Shown here in pieces: positions 1 through 13,629 of a stretch of DNA of 64,000 nt. This DNA is from Rhizophagus irregularis (Eukaryota), in the NCBI RefSeq assembly GCF_026210795.1, contig NC_089434.1:2418001-2482000 (forward strand), given 5' to 3'. The notes below the pieces were generated by a model. That model saw only the letters and a list, made by a program, of their open reading frames with translations, was not told where the DNA came from and did no database searches. Position 1 is the stretch's first letter, and each line of letters begins with the position of its first letter. Position numbers and translations under genes: made by a program.

Positions 1-260
1 TAATGATAAAAAAACATAAACAGATAAAATAGATGATGAAGAAGTGAAAATGATGATGAAAAAATGTAAAGAGATGAAATAGATGATAAGGGAGTAAAAA
101 TGATAATGAACAAACATAAACAAATAAAATAGATGATGAGGAAGTGAAAATGATGATGAAAAAATGTAAAGAGATGAAATAGATGATGAGGAAGCGAAAA
201 TAATGATGAAATAATGTAAAAGGGATGAAAGGATAATGAAGGAGCAAAAGTAATAATAAA
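1..260. repeat. Degenerate ~50-bp tandem repeat (about 5 copies), purine-rich, running off the window edge
   Basis: AGATGAT(G/A)A recurs at 31, 81, 131 and 181 within the unit ...GATGAAATAGATGATGAGGAAGTGAAAATGATGATGAAAAAATGTAAA. Confidence 0.75.
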
Positions 261-1101
261 AGTATAAAAGAAACAAAGTGAAAGTGATAAGAAAGTGATG
301 ATAAAACAAAGAGAAAGCAAAAGGAATGATATAAAGAATAAAAAGAATAAAAAACTGATTAGTATTGTAACTACTATTTAGTAATAAAAAAACAATAACA
401 ATAAAACAGTAAGAAAGCAAACCTTACCTTAAATTCCTTGAAACTATTTGAAATTATTGTTATCTAAAGAAGACGAAGTTAGCAAAAAGCAAGCAAAAAA
501 AATAAAAAAAATTTATTTTCAAAACAAAAATATTTTAACGTGTAAAAAGTGTGTAGCATGAAAATCACCTGTGAACTTTTACGGGGTAAAATTAAAATTT
601 TAATAATTTGCAGATCAAGGTGAAATTCACCAGAGGTAAATGTAAAATTAATCCTATTTTTTATTATTTTTTTAGGTATTGGTGAGACCCTTTACTTTAA
701 ATTAGTAAATTTCAAAAATTTCATTTTTTTGAAACTTTAATTTTTTTTACTTTTTTTTAAAAAATTTTTTTCTTTTATTTTGTAGGAATTTTTGGGAATA
801 ATAAGTTTTGAAAGTAATATTTACTTTTGAAACTTTATTTTTTTTTATTTTGTAAATATCGGTTGTGATCTTTGAAATCATAAATTTCAAAAAAAAAAAA
901 TTCTTTTCAAAACTTCAATTGATTTTTTTAATTTTTTCTTTATTTTATAAATATCGGTTAGAACCTTTAGGCAGAATAGTAAGTTTTGAAAAGGATCATG
1001 TTTTTTTACAACTTCAAATTTTATTACTTTATTTTTATACAGACACATCAGGAGTCAATTATAACAATTTTAATATGATCACGTGTTAGTGCATTAAAGT
1101 A

Positions 1102-1335
1102 TATAACCCAACAGTACCCAGAAAAATTCTTCGATCACGTGATCTGTTTTATTTATCATATCGTCACATCCTGTCCGAGTTTCACTGTTTATATTTATCT
1201 GAGGGACTTATTTTTTCAAGTAGATGAAATTCTATTTGTCACGTTTTATTCATCACATCCTAAATACTTCGATCACGTGTCAGTGCTTAACGCCGGCCGA
1301 GTTCGAAGAATTTTCTGGGTGCCGTTGGGGTAGTT
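1102..1335. mobile_element. Small MITE with 9-bp flanking direct repeat (MULE-like) upstream of BRCA2
   Basis: Inverted repeat CCAACAGTACCCAGAAAAATTCTTCGA (from 1108) versus TCGAAGAATTTTCTGGGTGCCGTTGG (to 1328); ATTAAAGTA at 1093-1101 and 1336-1344. Confidence 0.65.
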
Positions 1336-1757
1336 ATTAAAGTAGGATCGCACGTGACGTTCCCTGATGGGTTTGTAGGGGTTTTCTTATTTTACAACTA
1401 TTTAAAAATCATGTAAATGATGTAATATAATATAACTTTGGTTAATTTTGACTTTAACTTTGATTTGAATATTTAAAAAAGAGTTTGTATATTAAGAATT
1501 TCTTTTTTACAAATTTTTGTTACAGAATATACAGTACATTCATTATACGGATTATACGGAGAGGCAAGATATACATTTATTTATATTTTTTTTAACAGTT
1601 AAAAAAATTATATTCTAAAAGTTGACAAATAATAAAGTTGATCATGTGGATAATGGTCATATGGGTCATATGATGATGATAGATAAATTTTTTTGTCGCG
1701 TCTATTTAGTCTATTTGTCTACGAGTCGTCAGAAAGTCACTCATTTTCGTAAAAGAA

Positions 1758-4700
1758 ATGAAAAAGCATACGCTTCGAAAAACAAAAGGTGAATTACATT
1801 TTTTATTTTTTCATTTGAGCTATATTAATTTTTTGGATAATTGCAGGACTTATGACCGCGTGTGAACATGCTGATGCCTTACAAAGTGATCTAAAAACGA
1901 CCATTATCGAGAGAAATTCAGCTCAAGTTTCATTGAATTCCCCGGAAAAGGCCAAATATATTATAAACAATGCGAATGATAGCTCGTTTCGTTCATATAG
2001 TGTAGAAAATAATATAAATACTCCAATTACCTTTACTTTTTCTACTAGCAAAAGTGACCTTTCAAATTACCCTGATAGCAATAATAAAGCAGCATTGACA
2101 TCAACAAAATTACTTACGAAGTCCAGAATCCTAGAGGAAAGCAATATTAGCAATTTACCAATAAGTTATAGTCAGAATTCAAAAAGTAAAACTACGAAGT
2201 CTGATCAATTCGGAGACAATAGCATAATCAAAATTCCCGTACCTGTTTCTACGAGCATTAACGAGTCCAATTTTAAATGTATTTCAGTTGGTAATGATAA
2301 ATCTCCCGTATTTATGACGGACAATGGTCATAAAGCACCTTTATATTCTATGAATGCTTTAACGAAGGCAGGAATTATAATGAATAATGATGTACAGAAT
2401 ACTATTTCTGTATTATCACATAATGATAATTCACTTCAGGATCATCCGGGTCTTTACGATTCTTCGATTAAAACAAGACAATTATCGGATCATGTACCGA
2501 AGAGTTCTGGGTTTTCCACTGCTAGTGGTCGGAGTCTTGCTGCAGTTACAGAAGACTCTCTGACTAGAGCAAGACAGACATTGAGCGATAATACATCTCA
2601 AATAATGACATATGAATTAGTTAGTCCTGAATTTTCCATTGCGAATAATCGCAATCTTTCTTATATATCTGATGAATCATTAAATAAAGCACGCAAGTCG
2701 TCGCGTGAAATATCTAATCGCAATGATGATATAATAAATAATTCTTGCTTTACTACTGCAGGTGGGCAAAACATTGCAACCATCTCTGATGAATCTATGA
2801 AAAGAGTTCGAAGAATATTAAACGACGATTTAAGTCAAAATTTCACTATACAAGAAAAATCACAGATCAATATAGCTGGTAACTATAAGTGGTCTACTTA
2901 CGTGTAATTTAAACAAAATGATAATAAACTAATCTTGTTATATCTTTAGGTCCTAGTGATTCACAACTTACCGTTGTTAATTCTAATTCACAATCATGCT
3001 TAAAAAACAAAAACGCAAAAACGTTCTCGAAAAATATTGTTGCTCATTCGCATACTTTACTCCCTATGAAGAGAAAAAAATTACATCCTCAGGTCTCTCA
3101 GAATTCCTCATGTCCGAATAGTCCGTCTTTTTCCAAAATGTCTAAATATAATTCTACCAATAAATTGTTTGATTTAGCATGTAAATCATCAAATACCAAT
3201 GGTTAATTTGTAAAAAACATTACGTTCATATATTAATTTTTTTAATATACATAGCTCCTATAAGAAGAGTTGGACTTAAAGACACTGTTTCAAATTATCC
3301 TCTTAATTTTTCTCCGTCGCATCTGCAAGAACTCGGAATGTAAGTGCTGTATATTTTTGTATTAGAAATCTGAATTTTTCCGGCGAATATATTCATTTAT
3401 TTTTAAATAAAGATCCAAAGATATTATTAATATGACTCCCAAAAATGCTATGTCGTATCGATTTACTTGGTCTGGAGGATCAGAAAATATAGATTGCTCA
3501 TCAATATGGGGCCCAATTGAAGCTTTATCATGTTTAATCGAATCCGGTGCAAATTCTAATCTCATAGATGAACAATGGGTTTGTAATCATTACCGATGGA
3601 TTGTTTGGAAAATTGCGTGTATGATTCGATCTTTTCCACATGAATTTTACGGTTGGTGGAATCCTAGGAAGGTACTTGATCAATTACGATACAGGTAAGT
3701 AAATTTATTTGCACCTTAACTATGAGTATTTAGTAATGGATATGTTCATTTATTTTAGATATGAGAGAGAGATTAATAATTCACATCGTTCTGCACTTAA
3801 ATTAATCATTGAAGGGGATGGAATAGCAAGTATGCCAATGGTTCTTTGTGTATCTGATATAATAGAAGAGGAAGTTACTTATGGTATTGTCTTCAATAGC
3901 ATTGATCTAAAATATTTTGATCGATAATATCGGTTTATTGATTTTTTTTTTTTTAATAGAGGAAATTGGTATTAAAGAAAACGTACGCAAAACAATATAT
4001 AGCCTTGAATTAACTGACATGTGGTATAAAATTCTGGCTGATGTTGATCAACCACTTCAACGAGCAATCTCTAGGTCTAAAATACGAATTGGTTACAAAT
4101 TAGAAATTTGCGGAGCAAAGGTATTTCATAATTATTTTTGAAAGATATAAAAATGGCAAGTAAGTATTTAATGTTAATCTGAATTTTAATAAATAGATCG
4201 CTGGCTATTCTGTGAGAGTACCAGCTCTTGAAGTTCCTAATTCTACTCGCTTAAAACTTTCCGCAAATTCCACAAAACTTGCGCATTGGGATGCGAAATT
4301 GGGTTTTAGACGATTTTGCCCTTATGCCACATTGCGTAGTCTTTGTCCTGATGGAGGACATGTTTTTGCAGTAGATATTATAGTATTGCGAAAATATTCA
4401 ATGATTTTTCGAGAGACCATGAAGGATGGTACAGTAATAAATCGCAATGAGCAAGAGGAAGAATATGCAAAAAATGAGCATGAAGTAAGTAAATTTTCAC
4501 TTAATTAATTAATTAATTATTTTTTATTTATTTATTTTTGTACGAATAATATGTTATTTAAGAATTGGTTAAATAATAAAATCCAATCATTGATCAACGA
4601 GTATAAAACGCAACATAAACAAAAAAATAAATCAAATTCTGTTCTCAGAAAGCAAAGAAAGCAAGCAATACAAGGTAAATGATATTTCTATTGATTTATC

Positions 4701-5953
4701 TTTAGAAAACAAATAAATTAACAGTCTAATTTCTGTTAGAAGTTACTTCCGGAGAACAACTTTATATCATGATGCAAGACTGTCTCGAACCTTCCAAATT
4801 TTGGCAGGATTTATCTTTGGAGCAGACTGAATTACTTCAAAATTACATACAGAAAAAGGAACAAGAAAAAATAGATCGAATGAACAAATGGGTTTATGAC
4901 CGTTTGGAGGTATGAGATTTGTCAAATCATTGAATATAAGTGAGGTTATTATTGTTTACTCTGCTTTATTTATTTTTAATCTTAGGAATTAAATTATACT
5001 CGTAAAATAATTCCATTTTTTAAAGTACGTGTCTGTGACTATCACCTTAATGAGACTCCTATTAGTGGACGCGAAGCCATAATCAACGTTTGGCAACCAA
5101 ACGAATTATTGTTTAATACAATCAAAGAAGGGCGAAGATATAAAGTATAAGCAAATTTGATTAATATTATACTGTAAAGGAGAAATTCTAATATATATAT
5201 TTCATTTTAAGGTTTATAATATAACAGCCAGAAACTATCCCACATCCTCTTTAGCACCTATACGCTTGTCATCAATGGGACATTCAACTATCTGGAAAGA
5301 AGCTAAGATAGATGATACTAGCGATTCATTATCTTTCTATTTATCAAGAACTGTGACATGTTTAGATGAACTCCAAAAAATGGAATTAAATAATGAGGTG
5401 GATCTAGTCACATACATTTTAGGTAAACATATCATATATTTTTGATCATAATTATTATAATTTGACGAATTTTCTTATAATAATTAGTCGTTGGGGAACC
5501 TTTTATATCCGGTCAAAGATTTGGAAAACCAATAAAAGTTCAAACTTTGTTAGTAACTGATAACAGTGGACAGTTGGCTCAAATCGAGATAAAAAATACA
5601 TCATCTAGAGATTTATTTAAGGTATTATTATTATTCACCTAACTTTTAGCATTTAGCATTCAATATTATATTATTGATAAACATCACTAATGCTTTTATT
5701 ATGATAGCCCAACAACATTTTAATATTTTTGAACTTGCAGTATCGAGCATATGATCCAAAGTACGGAATTTACATGCTTTCAACATGTGACGATACTGAA
5801 ATTAAAAGATCAACACGTGAAGAATACATCATACAAGCCAAAGAGAATCTGGAAAATTGGATCAAAAATAATGATGATCTTGTGAAGAAGTGTGAAGCAA
5901 CAGCCAAAAAGCTTTGTGAGCCCAAATTTAACAATTCTAGTAATTTTTCTTAA
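1758..5953 (+). CDS. BRCA2: BRCA2/Brh2 homolog, about 1088 aa, 14 exons: 1758-1788, 1847-2878, 2950-3180, 3255-3339, 3413-3694, 3759-3883, 3960-4120, 4197-4484, 4563-4674, 4740-4909, 4986-5144, 5212-5422, 5488-5621, 5708-5953
   Basis: Three BRC-like repeats (FSTASG, FSIANN, FTTAGG); helical/OB1 motifs WVCNHYRWIVWK, LRYRYEREI, MVLCVS, LELTDMWY, SANST..AHWDAKLGF, DGG..DI; all introns GT-AG; exon lengths sum to 3267 nt (divisible by 3). Confidence 0.93.
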
Positions 5954-6512
5954 TTATGGTATAATCGCTTGATATGTAAAATGGGCCAATAGTATAGAAA
6001 TAAATGAAAGCAAAAGCATTTTTATATATCGGTAAAGATCATTTCACCATGTAAATTATTGGCAAATTTAAGGAATAGAGAAAATATTTTATTTTTACGT
6101 AATTATGCTAATGCTAATGAGTAAATTTAATATGAACAACTCAATTGTACAGATAAATTCTGTCATAATTTAAAATTTCAAAAAGTCGAAAATATTGTAC
6201 AATAGAGAACTCCGGTTACCACTTCCTTGTTTCATAATTTAATAGTGTTGATTCTAAATTCCACAAGTACGATAATTTTTATCCATCTAACCTACATTAA
6301 ATTTACTTTATATGCTCAATAGTTCTAGATTGGATGATTTGAAACAAAATACATAATAACTCGAAGAATAAATGAATTCGGTTTATATATACATTTACAG
6401 TATACGATAGGTAACCCATAAAGTTTCTTTCTCACAACACAAAGCCGCCCGAGAATGAGAATGTGAGATATATATATGCCTATGTATGTTTGTGATCGAC
6501 TTCGTAAATGTC

Positions 6513-6543
<31 letters not shown>

Positions 6544-6642
6544 TAACAAAACTAAACATAGTATTATCAAAATATTGGTTTGTTAAAATAAATATCAACT
6601 TCATAACCAACCTTAATTTACAATTAATGAATTAACTTAAAA

Positions 6643-8145
6643 TTAGCCGTTTCTTCGTTGATCTCTAGAAGTACCTTCATAACTACTCCTCCTAGAATCA
6701 GTTTGATCCCCAGCTAAAAGATGTGTTTCGGAACTATCAGACATAAAAGATGGACGTCCATAATATTGATCCGTTGAAGAATATGAAGGTGGTGGAACTG
6801 TTATATCCACCAAAGAAATGTCCAAAGCTGCCTCAGGGGGAACTCCTGTTATAATTCCACTATTTACATGCGTATATTGACGAGGAACATCCTCTGATAG
6901 ATGTCCCCTGGAACTCGATTCTAATAAAAGAGAACCTCGTTCAGACCCGTACGCTGGTGGAGGAGCTAATGTTCCCATTGATGGTGCAAGCCCCCATTTT
7001 TTTACGTTTGCTTCAATAAAAACGAATCCAAGTTGACCAAAATTAACGTGAACACAACAAGGCCCATTTGCTCCAACTGTTGGGAAAAGGTTCATTTTCA
7101 TTCCCGTAAATGCATCATCCAATTTTTTTCCATTACGCGTAAAGAAAACAGTGCCAGTTCTTGGTCGGTAACCAACACCAACAACATCACCCTGTTGAAA
7201 TTGAGGTCCATATGTTTTACCATTAAAGGGCGAATTATAGTATTTAAACCCATTGTCCGAGAAATAAGCAACTGATTGACGATTCCATCCTATAAAAATG
7301 AAAAAAAAGATTGTTATTAATGAAACTGTATCAAAAGTTTCAGTGTAATATTAAAATGTTCAATTTAATTTCAATCACTCCACCCAGTAACTAAATACTT
7401 TTTTTTTCATACCTGGTAAGCGAAATAAAGGATAAGGCTTAGTTGCCAACCCCACAGCAACAGTCGTATTTGGTGGCTTATCATACATTTTAGCTTCCCA
7501 GTAATATACTTCTTGTTGTTTTGGTAACGGGAGGTTAGTCTGAACACAACATTCAGCATCGTAAAATGCGATTTCGGTACGACATTCTACGAAACAGTTA
7601 GTATGCTGAAGGTCTGGCTCAAATTCCCATGCTGAAACACCTTTTTCCTGAATCGAAAGAAATTGGGAAAGTGTGATTTCTGTAGGAATACTATCAGGTG
7701 GATATGCTTCTTGAAACACTGTACAAAATTTAAATCGAATAATTAAAAAAAAAATAATACATAAGCGAAAAAATTATCACTATAACTCACTCCGAGCACG
7801 TTCATAATTTTGTCGAGCTGCTTCATCTAAAGTCTCAACCAAACTAGCCTCCGCCCGAGCGATTTCGGGATCATATACATCAGGTATCCTATTTTTATCT
7901 ACAGCAATCAATCGTCTTCGAATACCCAAAACAATAAATATAATAAGAGCACATACGGAACCAAGAATCACAAGCGTAACGACTGTTGAGCTTGAAGAAT
8001 TTTCAAGTCGTATCTCAGAACTACTTTCTGAAACAACAACTAAAGGCTGTAAAGAACATAAAACTATTGACAGCACAAATAAACGATGCTTGTGTATAAA
8101 GTTATGTTTTATACCAGTGTTAGTAAGTCTCCATAGAAAAGACAT
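6643..8145 (-). CDS. SSH4: Ssh4/Ear1-like SPRY-domain membrane protein (Rsp5 ubiquitin-ligase adaptor), about 435 aa; exons 8145-7791, 7718-7413, 7289-6643
   Basis: N-terminal hydrophobic segments; motifs IQEKGVSAWEFEP, VQTNLPLPKQQEVYYWEAKM, GLATKPYPLFRLPG, VNFGQLGFVFIEANVKKWGLAP; PY motifs PPAY and PPSY; GT-AG introns keep the frame (1308 nt). Confidence 0.9.
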
Positions 8146-8902
8146 TGTGAACGTATATTTGGTTTGTGCAATGAAATATACGCTTGATACTGTTGAAATC
8201 AAATAATTTATTTGGCATATACTGTTACGATGATGAGTTGTGAAAAAAGTTAAATTGTTTGTTTAAAAAATTGGTTCATTCCGTCAGAAACGACAGGTAT
8301 CCCGCATTTTTACTAAAAATAGTTTACTAAAAATAGATTAAAAATGCAAATCATACAACTATTTGAAATTTTGAATCTTGGGGGTATACTACAGGGGCAA
8401 ATTTAAAATGTTTTTTTTTAATTAATAAAGTGAACCATTTAAGTGTACCCGTTTTTTTGAATTACAATTTTATTATTAATAATTTTTTTAATTATTACTG
8501 TTTAATTTCCTGTATATTATTTCTATATTTTCAATTAAATTAAATTTCAAATCCAGAATTAATAGTTAGTTTAATAATTACTAGAAGTAAATCTTGAAAA
8601 TTTTTTCAATTATTTAAAACTTATAAAAAAAGTACTAAAATATATAATTAAGATTTCTGCAAAAATTTCTTTAAAGATTGCCAATAATTAACTATTATTT
8701 AATTTATAACAATTTCAAAAGTCTTTTTTTATTTTTAAAATTATAAAGCAATTGAAAAAAAAAAATCATCTTTTATATTTATATAACCATATTTTTTATT
8801 TTTAAAAATTAAAAAATTTTAATAATATTTTTAAAACAAAAAATTTATTTTTTAAACTTATAATTTATATATAAATTATATATGAAATTTATTTATTAAT
8901 TA

Positions 8903-9200
8903 AGGACCCCGGATATCTAATATAAAGGTCATAATGGACTTTTGGCCAAAAACACCCCTTTTTGCTGAAACTCAAAAAATCGTTTTTTGTAAATAACTCA
9001 GCATCCAGTAATTCAATTTTAATGAACTTTTTTTTATTTTGTAGCCCTCATTTAGCTCTACAATTTAAAAAAAGGTTCATCAAAATTGGACCACTGGATG
9101 CCGAGATATTTACAAAAAACGATTTTTTGAGCCCCCTGAAAAATGGGCCAATCTGCCGAAAGTGTGACTTATGACCTGTTTTGGAGATATCCGGGGTCCT
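8903..9200 (+). mobile_element. AGGACCCC MITE, copy 1 (298 bp)
   Basis: TIR AGGACCCCGGATATCT...AGATATCCGGGGTCCT; 8-bp TSD ATTAATTA (8895-8902, 9201-9208); near-identical copies at 17465 and 38859. Confidence 0.93.
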
Positions 9201-11720
9201 ATTAATTATATAAAATTTTCAAATAATTGTTTATTTTTTAAAAAAAAAGATAGAAATTAAACTCTTTATGCCAATCGTATTAGACCATTTTTTTATGAAA
9301 TTTTAGAACCAATATTTTATTAAATATTTATGAAAAATGAGTTCCTTTACTAACAATATATATATTCCTATCATTACAGAAGAATTTGAAAGACTCGTTG
9401 ATAATTATAATAAAAATGACTTTACTAATATACTCAAAAAGACTCTGAAAATATACTGCTTTACTAGTAAAACTGGCATATCTCAAGCCTTGTTAAAGTT
9501 TAATCCAAAAACATACAGTCATCTTAAAAAACTAAATACCTTATATTTGAATGAATTTTAACAATTAGAAATAGTAAATAGTGCAAAAATTTTACATTTT
9601 ATATAGTTCTTTATTACCTATAAAGATCTTTGAACTACCAGTTTCAATGAAACTATTTGAAATGTATGTGAAAAAAAAATCACATGTTTAAAACGCAAAA
9701 ATAAATCCAACTAATAACAGTTTAATCATTCAAAAAACTTAACTAACACAAATGGAAATTTTTAAAGAGTCATCACTGGTTATATCATCTGTAACATAAA
9801 GTAAATTCTTAATGTACAAGCCTAGCTATTTACTTTAAAAGGTAAGAATAAATAGATTTTCTATGCTGAGATCATCCCTGAATCAGGTTTTGATAATTTT
9901 TAACTTATGTCATTTATACTAGTAATTACTAAACAAAATGCTTATAATAATACTTTTAAAAAGAGTAGTATGTTAGCCAATAAAGGGTATGCTAGAAATC
10001 AGCTAATTTGAAAAAGGATATAAAGAGTTAAACTTTAAATCAAGTCTATCATATATCACATAATATTTATATATATAAATTTAAATATAAGTAATTTAAT
10101 TATTTTTATTTATAATTATTATGATACAATTATATTGACTTCTAATAATCCAATTTTAATAAATTTTTTGTTTTAATTTATAGCTCTTATTTAATTTTAC
10201 AAATTTAGCTTTATTATAAAATTAAAAAAAGTTTATTTAAATTGAATCACTAAAAGTTAAAATTAATGCTTCTAACAGATTAATTTGATTAGATTAGTAA
10301 TACAATGCAACTTAAATTAATTGTAAAAAAAACCATTTTTTGTAAATATCTTGTGATCTAGCAATCCAATTTTGATAAACTTTTTTTATTTTGATCAACT
10401 TAATATAATCTACAAAACAAAAAAAAAATTATTAAAATTCAATCACTAGATTATAAAATAATATTTTTCAGATTCAGATCAAATCAAATTAGATTAAGAT
10501 CAGATTACTAACATCCTGATTTAATCTGAATTTTAGGAGCATTTGTTAAGATAATTATATAATACTAATTATTATATATATTTAAGAGACAGATCATCAT
10601 TCAACCAAAAAAATGATCAACATTCTATAATTAATTTTATGGGCTTTGTAATTAATAAAAAAAAATTTTTTGGAATTTCTTGTTCTTTACTATAAATTTT
10701 TTTCCAATAAGTGAAAAAAAAACAGTATACAATAACTTTTATGTCCAAAAAAAATATTTCATAAACTTGCACTATAGGTATACATATGTAGTTTTAGTAG
10801 GATCTGTACAAGTTTAACAAAAAATGTGAATAAAAAAAGAGAAGGTATTTCTCGAACAGATAAAATTACTTTAAATCAACTTTCAGAATTCAAAGTAAAG
10901 GACAATTCAAATCAACTTACAAATAAAGTTAAAGATTTACAAATAGAAAAAGTAGATTGATTACAAAAATCAGTCTTTTTGGCAAAGAAATCTATGGATA
11001 CCTTTGTAAGGAAATACATATGTGAGGATTGGATTCTGATAGAAAAGAAAGTTGATAAGATTACGTTATACATGAGCAAAAAATTATTGGATTGATAGAT
11101 ACAAAAATAATATTTTTATTCTTTTCTCATTTATATTTATTTTTATTTATAATTTTAGACATATAATTTATTAATTATTGTTAATTTTAATTTTATTTTT
11201 AATTTTGTTTTTGTTTTTCTTTTAATGTTTTATTTTTGTTTATACTTTTAAATTATGATATATTATTTTGCTATGCTTTTTGGTTACTTTTATTCTTAAT
11301 TTTAATTTTATTGGTAATATAATATCTAATGTTTGATTAGACTGGCCTGGAACTAGAAGTATCATTCATAGAATATTTGTGATTATTATGTAATCCAAAT
11401 ATATTCTAATAAAATGATACATGATTCAACATTTAAAAAAAAAAAAAAAACAAAGAATGTGAATATTAAAAAGATTCAAATAAAGCCAAATAAAAATTTA
11501 AAAACTAAATAAAAACCAAATATAGCTTAGTTACAATGAAAAATGTTCAAAAATTTTTCATCCAATATTTGAGTTAATAGGAAATTTACCGTCAGAATCT
11601 TGCGTTCCTATATAGAAAAGTCAAAGACGCAAAACTCTAGCGATTTCAAACTTTGCAAGTGGCTTAGCTAGGATTGTCACTATTAATTACCGTCTTTAAA
11701 ATTTGTATATCATATCACAT

Positions 11721-12555
11721 TAGGGTGTGCGATATTAGTCTAATCACAAATATAGTGCAATTATTATAGTAAACATCCTTATTAAGGATTTTTCTTGTCG
11801 ATCATCTGTCGATCATTTTATAATTTATTAATATTTTAGAATCTTGGATTTAAATCATTTAAAAAATTTAAAAAAAGAATTTTGGATTTAAAATTTTCTA
11901 TTTAAAATCAGGTTATCGGTTAATTTACAAATATAATGCATTACTATAGTGATCATTACTATAGATTTTTATTAATATATAATAAATTACTAGTAAAACT
12001 AAATTGCCCATAACTTTATATGCATGTTTAACTCTCCATTTTTAGCAACTGTTTATGATATTAAAATCAAGCGTACACATACTAATAGAGCCAGATTTTT
12101 TGAGTACATATAAATTTAGTTGTAAAAATCACGTTATAATATTTCACAGCAATGTAAACTTTATTTTTTTTTATTTTATTATTCAAAAACCGGCTTTATT
12201 TCATTAAAATACGACATTTAAAATTTCCAAAAAAGTTGTTTTTGGAGGCTAGCATTTACTTACTACAGTGCCAACAGAGTATGTTTCATGTCTCAAAGAG
12301 TAAAACACTATCACTTAAAGAATGCATAATGCAGAGTGAATTTTTAGCTGAAACTTTCTTAAAGATACTCAAAATAATGTACTATAGCCTATTGATACTA
12401 TTTAAATGTTGCAAATCATTTAAAATAATTCAAAACTTAGTAAACTTTTTTCAATTTAATGATCGTCAAAATGATTGACAAAAAAATTCCTCAATAAGGG
12501 CCTACAATATAGTGGTTTTACTATGTTTGTGATTAGGCCGATATCGCACACCCCA
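11721..12555. mobile_element. Non-autonomous TIR element with an inner inverted-repeat pair (11777-12499), possibly a nested MITE
   Basis: TAGGGTGTGCGATATTAGTCTAATCACAAATATAGT versus ACTATGTTTGTGATTAGGCCGATATCGCACACCCCA; ATATCACAT on both sides (11712-11720, 12556-12564); inner CCTTATTAAGGATTTTTCTTGTCGATCA versus TGATTGACAAAAAAATTCCTCAATAAGG. Confidence 0.75.
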
Positions 12556-12715
12556 ATATCACATGATGATATGACAATCCAGTAAAAAAGGAGTATTAAC
12601 CATTTTTAACAATAATTTGTGTAAATCAGCATTATTAAAATTCTCCAGTTGAGTGGCAATTTGTCCCTTAATAATAAAAATTTTTTTAATTAATCAGATT
12701 TCAATTAAATGGGGT

Positions 12716-12863
12716 TAAGGTTGCTTGCCGAAACCTTCTTAATAACTGCCGAAACTTATACGGAAAATGCCAAAACTATATTAAATCATATTAAAAATCC
12801 TGCCGAAACAATCTTGCCGAAATTTATCGCAGGATTTTGGAGAGGTTTTGGCAAGCAACCTTA
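12716..12863. mobile_element. hAT-type MITE, TAAGGTTGC family (148 bp)
   Basis: TIR TAAGGTTGCTTGCCGAAACC / GGTTTTGGCAAGCAACCTTA; 8-bp TSD AATGGGGT; internal GCCGAAA motifs. Confidence 0.9.
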
Positions 12864-13629
12864 AATGGGGTAGGAACTTACTAATTAAAAGAAATCAGCT
12901 AATTTCTAATATATCTTTAAATTAAAATTACCTGCTAAAACTCATTTAGCTTAATGCCAAAAGTCAAAACTACTTATTTAATGCTGAAACTGCTGAAACA
13001 TTAAAATACTAAAATCTGCTAAAATACTGATATTTGCTAAAATGCTGATACCTGTTAAAATACTGATATAGTTGACATTTATCATTATTTCTATAATTTA
13101 ATTATAGTTTTGATATATAAAAGTTATTTTATATATATATTAGGCGATATAAAGTTAAAAATTCGGTTCTCATATCAAAATTTGCCTCAATTTGATGCGG
13201 GCGCGCGGATTTTAATTTTATAGAACAAAAAATTTTAAACCAATAATTATTGTAAATTGTATTACGTATTTATTATGTATTGATTTACATATCAAGTTAA
13301 TTCAAGTTTTTAGTTCGATTTTCACGAACAATTTAATAAATACAATACGAATTAAGCGTGGGAATCATTTTTTAAATATATAAGTCATAAAGATCTTTGG
13401 CGAAAAAAAAATACTCAAACGAATTTATAAAGCAAATATGCATCTTGCATGTATTATGATATTAGAAATTAAACAATCGTTCTGGTTTCCTTTTTTGACT
13501 GCGCCCCTTATAGAAAATTGCATAAATGGAAAATTTTAAAAAACGCGTTAAGATATATTTTCTTCAACCTTGTATGAATTCATTTTTTTCTTGAATATGC
13601 CATTTGCAAATATTCGCATCTCTAAAGGG

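Noticed and set aside
1290..1330. Possible snRNA or tRNA (GTTCGA and an Sm-like AATTTTCTGG)
   Set aside because: It is the right inverted repeat of a MITE, mirrored at 1108-1134; no cloverleaf or snRNA core is visible.
8962..9174. Repeated small ORF MLKLKKSFFVN... (also 17496-17735)
   Set aside because: It lies wholly inside the AGGACCCC MITE; the repetition reflects the element, not a gene family.
9300..11700. Possible host gene in AT-rich DNA with short ORFs
   Set aside because: No recognisable domain or consistent exon chain; probably heavily decayed repeat sequence.
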